DNA of 64,000 bases from an uncultured Chloroflexia bacterium (GTDB lineage: Bacteria; Chloroflexota; Limnocylindria; Limnocylindrales; CSP1-4), in NCBI GenBank assembly GCA_963813535.1, contig CAWEZH010000001.1:128001-192000 (forward strand), in the 5' to 3' direction. Below the pieces are notes generated by a model. That model did no database searches. It was not told the DNA's origin and saw only the letters and a program-made list of their open reading frames with translations. Shown here piece after piece: positions 54,215-62,611 of this stretch (positions within the stretch are counted from its first letter, which is position 1; each line of letters opens with the position of its first letter). A program made the position numbers and the translations under genes.

Positions 54215-55813
54215 TCAGTCGAACGCCAGGCCCTCGAGCGACGCCTTCGGCTTGATGTCACCGACGCGGACCATCCGGAGCGACACCAGCAGCCCGAGCA
54301 GCGCCGACACCAGCGGCACCAGCAAGGCGATCTGGAGGGACAGGGGTCGCGCCTCGGTGTTGATCCGGATGATCTCCGCCTCGATCTCCGGTGGTTGCGA
54401 CACGATCAGCTCGTCGAGCTGCGTGTTGCTCATGACCTGTGCGCTCTCGTCGAGGACCGCCGCGACCTGCGCTTTCTCGTCGGGCGGTAAGACCGTGCTC
54501 GCGTTGGCCATGCTGGTAAACACGAAGGCCAGGCTCCCGAGCATCAGCCCGCCCGCCAGGGCCAGGCCGAACGACAGGCCGAACGACCCGCCTGCCGAGT
54601 TCACCCCGGCTGCCTCGCTGATGCGCTCCTCGGAGATCGGCGCCAGCGTGTAGTTGTTGAGCTGTGAGACCAGTAGGCCGAACCCACATCCGGCGACGAC
54701 GAGCGGGATCGCGAGCCACAGGCCGGAGTCTGCCCGCGGGACGACCGGGATCAGCGCGAGCATGGCGATGCTGACCAGGATGAATCCGCCGCGGATGATC
54801 GAGCTGGGCGGCCGGTCGCCTGCCCGCTTCCCGGCGAGGATGGCGACGACGAACATGCTCAGGGACAGCGGCGCGAGCGAAAGGCCGGCCTGGAGCGCGT
54901 TGTACTCGAGGACCATCTGAAGGAAGATCGGCAACGCGATCATCGACCCGCCGAGGGCGATCTGCTGGAGCGTTTGTCCGGAGATGCCCAGCCGGAAGTT
55001 CGGCGAACTGAACAGGTCCGGGTCGATCAGCGTGACCTTCCCTTCACGCTTGCGTCGTCGTAGCCAATAGGCGAGCAGCGCGAGCGACACGGCACCGACC
55101 GCGAGCAGGATCGCGACGCTCTCGGCGCCCTCCTGCCAGGCGAGGATGCCCAGCACGATGCCGCCCATGCCGAAGACCGACAGGACCGCTCCGCCGTAGT
55201 CGACACCGCGGGATCCGGTGTACGGCACGTCCTTGATCTTCCCCATGCCGAGCAGGACGACGCCGATGACCACCAGCTCGAGGAGGAAACCGACGCGCCA
55301 TGAGAGGAAGGTCGTGATGAATCCGCCGAGGAGCGGGCCGACGGCGGCAGCGATCGCAGCGGCCGCACCGACCAGCGCGTAGACCCGCTTCTGGGCAGCG
55401 CCCTCGAAGTTGCCGTGGATCAGCGACTGCATCGAGGGCAGCAGCAGCGAGGCACCGAGGCCGCCGAAGATCGCCCAGAAGATGATGACCGCACGGAGCT
55501 CCTGGGCGAGGACCATCGCAAGTGCGCCGATGGCATAGCCGAGCAGGCCCAGGGTGAATGCCAGTTTGCGCCCGATCAGATCGCCGACCTTGCTGCTGAT
55601 CAGGATGAACGCCGCGGAGACGAGTGCTTCGAGGGCGATCGCGGATTGGACGCCACTCACCGTCGTGCCGAGGTCCTGGACCACCGCGGAGATCGACACG
55701 TTCATGAGCGACGTGTCGACGACCAGCACGAACATGGCCGCGGCGAGTCGAAGGGCGAGCCGCATGTCGAGGGTCCCCTCCTCGGGGACGCTGGCGGTCG
55801 CTTCTGCAGTCAC
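54215..55813 (-). CDS. MFS transporter (DHA2-like)
   Basis: VDTSLMNVS, GDLIGRK, GPLLGG, SWR motifs. Confidence 0.9.
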   Translation of the reverse strand: MTAEATASVPEEGTLDMRLALRLAAAMFVLVVDTSLMNVSISAVVQDLGTTVSGVQSAIALEALVSAAFILISSKVGDLIGRKLAFTLGLLGYAIGALAMVLAQELRAVIIFWAIFGGLGASLLLPSMQSLIHGNFEGAAQKRVYALVGAAAAIAAAVGPLLGGFITTFLSWRVGFLLELVVIGVVLLGMGKIKDVPYTGSRGVDYGGAVLSVFGMGGIVLGILAWQEGAESVAILLAVGAVSLALLAYWLRRRKREGKVTLIDPDLFSSPNFRLGISGQTLQQIALGGSMIALPIFLQMVLEYNALQAGLSLAPLSLSMFVVAILAGKRAGDRPPSSIIRGGFILVSIAMLALIPVVPRADSGLWLAIPLVVAGCGFGLLVSQLNNYTLAPISEERISEAAGVNSAGGSFGLSFGLALAGGLMLGSLAFVFTSMANASTVLPPDEKAQVAAVLDESAQVMSNTQLDELIVSQPPEIEAEIIRINTEARPLSLQIALLVPLVSALLGLLVSLRMVRVGDIKPKASLEGLAFD

Positions 55814-55968
55814 CGGGTCGGACTCCCTCGCAACGCTTGGAAAGGCAGAGCCTTCGGACGGTAGTTCTCGGGCAGCATAGGCCGTGGCGTCCACGAGCCC
55901 GATAGTGTGTGCCGGTGCTCCGAGGGCAAGCCGGCGTCAGCCCCGGATTGGGCGGGCTGTCGCGCGCC

Positions 55969-57231
55969 CTAGGCGTGGTTCGCGGTCTCGCGCAGCAGTC
56001 GGGCGAAGAGGGCGCTGGCGATCGACATCATCGTGACGGCAAGGGCGATCCCGCCCAGAGAGCCGAGGTCAACGCCGGCAGCGTCGGCCGGCGACGCTGC
56101 CTCCGCGGCGCCATCCGCCGACGACGGCGCACGGTCCGTACCAGCGGCGGGTCGTCCGGTCGCGGTCCCGGCTCCGGAAGCGGCACCAGCACCGGCAGCC
56201 GATGGCCCGGCCGCCACCACCTCGATCGTGCCGGTCATGTCGGGGTGCACCTGGCACAGATACGCGAACGTGCCCGGTGCGGCGAACGTGTACTCGAAGG
56301 TCCCGCCCGTCTCGAGCGTGCCGCTGTCGAACGAGCCGTCCTTTGCAGTCGCGGTGTGAGGAGCGACGCCGGTGTTGGTCCACGTCACGGTCGTGCCGGT
56401 CGTGACCTGGACGTCGGCCGGCTCGAAGGCGAGGTCGATGATGTCAACGGCTGTGCTGCCGCTCGCCGGGACGGGAGTCGGCGCGGGGGTCGGCGGTGCG
56501 GGGTCGGGCGCCACGTTCGGATCGGGCTGACGTGCCTGACCAACCACCTCGATCGTGCCGCGCATCTCGGGGTGGAACATGCACAGGAAGGGGAAGCTGC
56601 CGGCATCCGCGAACGTCTTCTTGTAGGTAGCGCCCGTGCCGAGGACGCCACTATCGATGCCGCCGGTGCCGGCTGACGTCGCGGTGTGCTCGTCGCCGTC
56701 GAGGTTCTCGAACGTGACGGTGCCACCGACCGCGATCGTGGTCGTGCCGGGGTCGAAGGCTTCGTCGGCGATCGTCACGGTCGCGGTTGCCTTTGCGGCT
56801 CCGCCCGCGGTCGCGCTTCCGTTGGCGCCGCCGGACCCGCCGCTCGAACCGCCGGTGACGCGGATCCGGCCGAAGTAGCGAGCGTCGTCGTCCTCGCGCT
56901 CATCGATGTAGGTGAACGTCCCCACGGTCGACATCCGGACCTGGAAGGACTCACCCTCCTCGAGGTTGCCCGTGTCGAACCCGTCACCGCTTCGCGACCG
57001 CATCCGGTGGCGCTCGTCGTCGCGGTTGACGAAGCGAACGATCCCGCCCTTCGGCACGCTGACATCCCGATCACTCAGACCGTTGCGAAGCGTGATCGTG
57101 ACGTCGGGCCTACCCGGCGCGGAATCGTCCGCCCGGACAGGGGCGACCGCCACGACCAGCATCTGGACGGCGACGGCGGACAGGGCAACGAGGGGCGCGA
57201 ACGATCGACTTGGCATACCTCTTCGAGTCAT
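55969..57231 (-). CDS. Exported triple-cupredoxin protein with C-terminal TM anchor
   Basis: Domains 2 and 3 have H...CMFHPEM and H...CQVHPDM; domain 1 lacks the Cys/His/Met loop. Confidence 0.85.
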   Translation of the reverse strand: MTRRGMPSRSFAPLVALSAVAVQMLVVAVAPVRADDSAPGRPDVTITLRNGLSDRDVSVPKGGIVRFVNRDDERHRMRSRSGDGFDTGNLEEGESFQVRMSTVGTFTYIDEREDDDARYFGRIRVTGGSSGGSGGANGSATAGGAAKATATVTIADEAFDPGTTTIAVGGTVTFENLDGDEHTATSAGTGGIDSGVLGTGATYKKTFADAGSFPFLCMFHPEMRGTIEVVGQARQPDPNVAPDPAPPTPAPTPVPASGSTAVDIIDLAFEPADVQVTTGTTVTWTNTGVAPHTATAKDGSFDSGTLETGGTFEYTFAAPGTFAYLCQVHPDMTGTIEVVAAGPSAAGAGAASGAGTATGRPAAGTDRAPSSADGAAEAASPADAAGVDLGSLGGIALAVTMMSIASALFARLLRETANHA

Positions 57232-57299
57232 GCCGCTCCGAAAAGGTTTCAGGCTCGAGATAACGCTCCGGTGAGTGGGCGGAGGCAGACTCGACCGTT

Positions 57300-57962
57300 A
57301 TGAGTACGCGCGAGCGTCCGATCGACCGCGGTCGGCGGATCGCATCGGCTGACCGGCACAGGATCGGGCAAGAGCTTCGGGTTTCGCGACTTGTCGCCGG
57401 GCGGTCGATGGCTTCGGTCGCCGTCTCGAGCGGTATGTCATCGTCGCAGGTGGGGCGGATCGAGCGAGGCACCCTCCCCGGCGTGAGCGTCGACCAGCTG
57501 GCGAGAGTCGGGGCCGCCGTCGGACTCGATGTCCGTGTTCGGTCCTATCCGGGTCCGGATCCGCTCCTTGATGCAGGGCAGATCGCGGTTCTCGGTCGCC
57601 TTCGTTTGCGACTTCACCCAGATCTGGGCTTTCGAGCCGAGGTCCCACTCCCGATCACGGGTGATCAACGAGCTTGGGACGCGATGATCTATGCCCTCCG
57701 TGGCATCGCACCGCTGCTTCCTGTCGAAGCCGAGTCGCGTCTGATCGATAGCCAGGCCCAGATTCGCCGGATCATGCTCAAGCTCCGCGATAGTGGCCTG
57801 GAGCACGTGCTGGTCGTTATCGCCGATACGCGGCGGAACCGGGACGCGGTCGCCGCGGCCGCCTCGACGATCCTGGCCGACTTCCCTGTTCCGCAGCGCC
57901 GCGCGATGGCAGCGCTCGCCGCTGGCGAGCATCCTGGCGGCTCGGCGCTGATCGTTCTCTAG
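57300..57962 (+). CDS. XRE-family HTH fused to a PD-(D/E)XK-like nuclease-fold domain
   Basis: LRVSR...SQVGRIERG HTH; EVP...AWD...VEAES motif; many A/T-ending codons. Confidence 0.7.
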   Translation: MSTRERPIDRGRRIASADRHRIGQELRVSRLVAGRSMASVAVSSGMSSSQVGRIERGTLPGVSVDQLARVGAAVGLDVRVRSYPGPDPLLDAGQIAVLGRLRLRLHPDLGFRAEVPLPITGDQRAWDAMIYALRGIAPLLPVEAESRLIDSQAQIRRIMLKLRDSGLEHVLVVIADTRRNRDAVAAAASTILADFPVPQRRAMAALAAGEHPGGSALIVL

Positions 57963-57975
57963 GTGCCTGGATCGT

Positions 57976-58207
57976 CGGTCATCGGGTGACCGAATGGGAG
58001 GACGAGCCGAGACCAGGGGCTTGCTCAGAGGACTCGCGGGCCGTCTCCGTCACGGGGTGACTGAACGGGCGGACGAGCAGTCGTTTTCGGGCAGATTCGG
58101 GACCGGCCGGGCCAATTCGTTCGTCGGTTCGGTCACGGGGTGACCGTCTTGGCACGTCGAGCCCAAGATCGGGCCGTTCATCCGTCGGTTCGGTCACGGG
58201 GTGACCG
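57976..58207. repeat. Four ~31-nt palindromic repeats in two opposed pairs
   Basis: Core GTCAC-GGG-GTGAC (variant in copy 1); copies at 57976-58007, 58048-58078, 58116-58146, 58177-58207. Confidence 0.85.
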
Positions 58208-58226
58208 AGGTGGCAGTGGCGGGGAG

Positions 58227-60224
58227 CTAGTGGTGCCGCGTCGCCCAGGGTGGCGTCACGGCCGTGGGCATCCCCGGAGCGTGGGACGGCCGGTTCCGGT
58301 CCCGCGGCGAGCCCGGGAGCGGCGGGTTCCAACCTCCGACCTGCGCCTCGAGACTCGCCGCGGCGCCCAGACCCGCGGCCCCCGCTCCCTCCGATGCCGC
58401 CGGGGCATCGGAGGCGGCCTCCTGCTGGGCGGCGGGCGGCGGGACCCAGCCCTCGCCGATCTGCCGCTCGGGCGGCGCGAAGTCGCGGAACGGGATGATC
58501 TGCCGCTCGAACTTCTCGAGAAGCTCGGGATGCGCACGCTCGACCTCGCGGAACACCTCTTCGAGTTCGTCACCGATCAGCTCGTCGCGTTCGATCAAAG
58601 CCTTCGCAAGATGGTGGATCGCCGGTTCCTTCTCGCGCAGCAGGCGCTCGGTCTCGGCGTACAGCTCGTCGAGCATCTCGTGTGCGGCGACGACGAACGG
58701 CGCCGGCGGCAGCTGACCCGGGATGACCGGGGCGATGATCTTCGTCGGTCCCATCGCGAACCGGGACACGTACATGACCGCGGCGTTGGTCGCCGCCTGC
58801 AGGTCGCTCGACGGCCCGGTCGACAGCGTGTCGAGGAACCGATCTTCTACCACGTGACCGGCCAGCGAGACCATGATCTGCGTCTCGATCCAGCGGGCGT
58901 ACATCGACGTCCGCTCCTCGAGCGGCTTCTGCTGGACGTAGCCCAGCGCGTGGCCTCGCCGGATGATCGTCGCCTTGGAGATGCGATACGAGGGCCGGAG
59001 GTAGCGGGCCGCCACGGCGTGCCCGGACTCGTGGTACGCCGTCTCGCGGCGGTCGGTCAGGTTCCACGCACGGATCGGCTGCTTCAACCCGAGCGCCCGC
59101 TCGTCGGCGGCGTTCAACCAGTCCTTGTAGGTCAGGAACTCGCGGCCATCCTGGTGAGCGTGGATGAGGGCCTCGTTGATGATCGTCTTGATCATGATCG
59201 GGGTCCAGCCCATCGAGTCGGTCAGCAAGAGGTCCATCGGGAGGTCCGGGTCGTGCTGCTTCTTCGAGAGGTAGTGCTCGATGATGTCGCGCCGACCCTC
59301 CAGGTCCGGCTCGTGGACGACGATCATCCGATCGAGTCGACCGGGCCGGATCAGGGCCGGATCGAGGACCTCGGGTCGGTTGGTGGCGCCGATGACGAAC
59401 ACGAGTGGCTTGTCGTTGACCGGGCCGCGGATGAGGCCGAACCAGCGGAGGATCTTGTATCGCCAGCGGTCCTCGACCAGGCCGGCGAGCGAGTCCATCT
59501 GGTTGAGCAGGGTATTCAGGCCCTGGCCCCCGCCCATCATCATGCCGCCCATCATCATGCCGCCGCTGCTCTGGCCACCCCGGTTCATGCCGATCGAGTC
59601 GATCTCGTCCATGAACACGATGCAGGCGCCTCGTTGACCGGGTGCGGCGTACTTCCGACCGAGCCCGCGGGCGTCGCGGAAGAGCTTCATGATCATCATC
59701 TCGGTCATGCCCCAGAACATGCCGCGGATCGAGCTCGCATCGATGTAGATGAACGGCAGCTGGGCCTCGGCGGCGATGACCGCGGCGAGGAACGTCTTGC
59801 CGGTTCCGGGGGAGCCCGAGAGCAGCATGCCGCGCGGCATCTCGCCGCCCCGCCGCTCGAACTCCCTCACGCCCTTCAGGATCCCGACGGTCATCTTGGC
59901 GTGCTCGAGCAGGTCCGGCTGACCGCGATAGTCAGCGAACGACATCCCGATCTGCTGATCGTCCGGCGTGACCGTGTACTTGCGCGGTCGTGACAGGAAC
60001 CAGAACAGGAACCCGAACTGGACGATGAGGTAGAAGGCAGCAAAGGACAGCTGGAGGGCGAACGCCGGGACGGAGGCGATGATGCCGGCCACGGACTGGA
60101 GGAACGCGACCGTGCCGCTCGAGGCGATGAGCGCCGTGACGATCGCCAGGACGATCAGCAGTCGGAAGAGGTTCCTGTTCCAGACGAAGCTGAGGTTGTT
60201 GAAGAACCCGCGAACTGCTGTCAT
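58227..60224 (-). CDS. Divergent FtsH-like AAA+ zinc metalloprotease (M41)
   Basis: Two N-terminal TMs, GSPGTGKT, FMDEID, ATNRP...RPGRLD, HESGH, SSDL. Confidence 0.88.
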   Translation of the reverse strand: MTAVRGFFNNLSFVWNRNLFRLLIVLAIVTALIASSGTVAFLQSVAGIIASVPAFALQLSFAAFYLIVQFGFLFWFLSRPRKYTVTPDDQQIGMSFADYRGQPDLLEHAKMTVGILKGVREFERRGGEMPRGMLLSGSPGTGKTFLAAVIAAEAQLPFIYIDASSIRGMFWGMTEMMIMKLFRDARGLGRKYAAPGQRGACIVFMDEIDSIGMNRGGQSSGGMMMGGMMMGGGQGLNTLLNQMDSLAGLVEDRWRYKILRWFGLIRGPVNDKPLVFVIGATNRPEVLDPALIRPGRLDRMIVVHEPDLEGRRDIIEHYLSKKQHDPDLPMDLLLTDSMGWTPIMIKTIINEALIHAHQDGREFLTYKDWLNAADERALGLKQPIRAWNLTDRRETAYHESGHAVAARYLRPSYRISKATIIRRGHALGYVQQKPLEERTSMYARWIETQIMVSLAGHVVEDRFLDTLSTGPSSDLQAATNAAVMYVSRFAMGPTKIIAPVIPGQLPPAPFVVAAHEMLDELYAETERLLREKEPAIHHLAKALIERDELIGDELEEVFREVERAHPELLEKFERQIIPFRDFAPPERQIGEGWVPPPAAQQEAASDAPAASEGAGAAGLGAAASLEAQVGGWNPPLPGSPRDRNRPSHAPGMPTAVTPPWATRHH

Positions 60225-60979
60225 CGGAAACCCTCGATCTTTCCGCCATCCACCAGGATGACCAGGTTGATCGCGAACGAGATGCCGTCATCCCGCTCGT
60301 AGTGCATCAGGATCTCGGTGGCCGATCGGGGACCGTCGACCGTGGTGCCGAGGATCTCGACCCGATCGACCCGCTGGATCCCGTATTTCGTCAACTCTCG
60401 CGTGAGGTCGAGGTGTGGATCGCGGTCGAGCGACGAGCGCACGGCGTCCGCATCGTTGATCGCCAGAGCCGAGATGAACTCCTGGGCGGCAGCTGGCGGA
60501 TTCCCGAGCTCGGTGCCGGGCTCGCCGACCGCCGTCGGAGCCGCCTGCGTCCTCAGGAAGATGACGTTGCCCAGCGCGATGCCACCGACGAGCAGCCCGA
60601 GCCCGATGAGGACCGTGGCCACCGTCTTCAGGACGCCGCCGACGACGCGGCGCCGCGAGCCGGTCTCGGTCTTGGGTTCCTCGTCAGACGCTGCATCGAT
60701 CGTCGCGACCGCCTCGGCTGTCGTGGGCGCATCCTCGGCAACGATCGCGGCCTCGGCTGCGACGGTGGCCTCAGGTGAGACGGTGGCCTCAGGTGACTCG
60801 GCGCTCGAGGTGGCGTCGGCGCTCGCAGTGGCGGCCATCTCGCCACTCTGTGCGGCCGCGGCCTCGGCGCTCGCGGCGGGCTCGGCCGTCTGACCCTCAC
60901 CGGGCGGTGGTTCGCCGGCGCTCGGCTGGGGCTGGGTCGTGGCGTCGTCCTCGGGACGGCGCACCGGTTCGTCACTCAT
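60221..60979 (-). CDS. Membrane-anchored hypothetical protein (acidic disordered N-terminus, NTF2-like C-domain)
   Basis: ATGA overlaps on both sides; central TM; AAQEFISALAINDADAV helix. Confidence 0.7.
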   Translation of the reverse strand: MSDEPVRRPEDDATTQPQPSAGEPPPGEGQTAEPAASAEAAAAQSGEMAATASADATSSAESPEATVSPEATVAAEAAIVAEDAPTTAEAVATIDAASDEEPKTETGSRRRVVGGVLKTVATVLIGLGLLVGGIALGNVIFLRTQAAPTAVGEPGTELGNPPAAAQEFISALAINDADAVRSSLDRDPHLDLTRELTKYGIQRVDRVEILGTTVDGPRSATEILMHYERDDGISFAINLVILVDGGKIEGFR

Positions 60980-61416
60980 GGCGTCTGGATCGAGGGCGGC
61001 GGTTCGATCAACTCGACCCTGCCCGCCTGCGTCGCGACCCGCCAGGCGAGCTGGTCGTCGGCTCCCGCGTTGTCCACCACGTGCGATGCGTACGCGTGCA
61101 GCGACAGTCCGTTGCCGATGACCCACGAGCCGAGGTGGACAGGTGGATCGACCTTCAGGTACTCCGCCTTGACGCGGGCGGCCTTCGCCTTCACGGCCGC
61201 CGGGATACCGAGGAGGTCGAGCGTCGCCTGATCGTCCGCGACGTACGCGGTGATGAACTGGCGAGCGACCGCGGATTCGGCGGTCCGCGCCTGGGTCTCA
61301 GGCTTCGGGGACATGTCCGCGATGACGGACGGCACGAGGAAGCCGAGCAGCAACCCGATGGCCAGCGTGGCGCCGGCGCGAGTCACGCGTCGTCTCCAGA
61401 CCCGTCCTCGACGCAT
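60976..61416 (-). CDS. Membrane-anchored hypothetical protein (NTF2-like)
   Basis: GGAGG RBS; TM; VARQFITAYVADDQATL helix followed by beta strands. Confidence 0.7.
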   Translation of the reverse strand: MRRGRVWRRRVTRAGATLAIGLLLGFLVPSVIADMSPKPETQARTAESAVARQFITAYVADDQATLDLLGIPAAVKAKAARVKAEYLKVDPPVHLGSWVIGNGLSLHAYASHVVDNAGADDQLAWRVATQAGRVELIEPPPSIQTP

Positions 61417-61573
61417 CGATCCCTCCGTTGCAAGCGAACGTCGTGCCGCGCAGTGTAAGACCGTTTTCCTGTAGGTGGCGCCGGCGACGTGTCCCGTGTC
61501 AACGCTGGATTCGTCGCACTCCGCGGTTCGGATGCAGACGCGCGTGGGGAAATGTCGGTTCCAGACGGTCGGG

Positions 61574-62611
61574 CTAGCGCGTGCGGGTGACCTTGTTCAG
61601 GTTCCGCGGCCGTTCGGGATCCAGGCCGCGTGCTCGGGCCAGATGGAGGGCGTGGAGCTGCCCGATCACGATCGACACGATCGGGCCAAGCCATTCCGGT
61701 GTCCCGCCAGGCAGGCCGAACGGCCAGCGCGCCAGCGCCAGGGCGTCGGGCTGGTCCGATACCACCGCGATCTCGGCATCGAGGTCCGCCCGCAGCCGTT
61801 CGAGCAGCGCGATCACGGGCGCCGCGGTCGGGCCCGGTCGGACGGTGGCCAGCACCGGCACGCCCGCTTCGAGGAGGGCGAGCGGTCCGTGTTCGAAGTC
61901 GGCCGCGGAATACGGGTCCGCGAACACGCGCGCCAGCTCTTTGAGCTTGAGCGCCCATTCCCGGGCCGTGGCGTATTCGTATCCGCGCGCGAGGACGAGC
62001 AATCGGTCCGCCGATGGTTGTTCGCGCGCCATCGACTCGACCGCGCCTTCGTGCCCGAGTGCATCCGCGATCGCGTCGGGGATCGCGACCAGCGCCGCGG
62101 TGTCGGCCGGTTCGCCCGATAACGCCGCCGACAGCGCGGCGATCGCCAGCAGTTCGGTCGTGTAGGTCTTTGTCGCCGCGACCGCGAGTTCAGGTCCTGC
62201 GCCGAGGTCGATCGTCGTCTCCGCGGCGAGCGCCAGCGGCGACGCCGGGTCGTTGGTGATCGCCAGCGTGGGTGCGCCCTGCGCCCGGCCGGCATCGATG
62301 ACGGCGACGACGTCCGGTGACGCGCCCGACTGGCTGATCCCGATGACGAGCGAGCGGTCGAGCCGCGGCTGGGCGCCGTACAGCGAGATGACCGACGGCG
62401 TCCCGAGCCCGACCGACAGCGCATGCCGGACGCCCAGCACGTACTGCGCGTAGATCGCGGCATGATCGCTCGTCCCGCGCGCGGCGATGACGACGTGATC
62501 GACCTCGTGCGCGCGCATCGACTCGACCAGCGGGCCGACGGCTTCCGGCGCGCGACGAAGGAACCGCGCCGCGACCTCGGGCTGTTCGAGGATCTCGTCC
62601 CGCAGCGTCAT
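61574..62611 (-). CDS. SIS-domain amino-sugar phosphate isomerase/deaminase (GlmS C-terminal-like)
   Basis: EILEQP, ARGTSD, SQSG, AATKTY, LKLKE, HGP, LNKVT. Confidence 0.9.
   Translation of the reverse strand: MTLRDEILEQPEVAARFLRRAPEAVGPLVESMRAHEVDHVVIAARGTSDHAAIYAQYVLGVRHALSVGLGTPSVISLYGAQPRLDRSLVIGISQSGASPDVVAVIDAGRAQGAPTLAITNDPASPLALAAETTIDLGAGPELAVAATKTYTTELLAIAALSAALSGEPADTAALVAIPDAIADALGHEGAVESMAREQPSADRLLVLARGYEYATAREWALKLKELARVFADPYSAADFEHGPLALLEAGVPVLATVRPGPTAAPVIALLERLRADLDAEIAVVSDQPDALALARWPFGLPGGTPEWLGPIVSIVIGQLHALHLARARGLDPERPRNLNKVTRTR

Noticed and set aside
57976-58207. CRISPR array interpretation of the four repeats
   Set aside because: Units are in two orientations, degenerate and unevenly spaced, and no cas genes are present.
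60761-60796. 18-bp perfect tandem duplication
   Set aside because: In-frame SPEATV x2 in a disordered linker; ordinary slippage.
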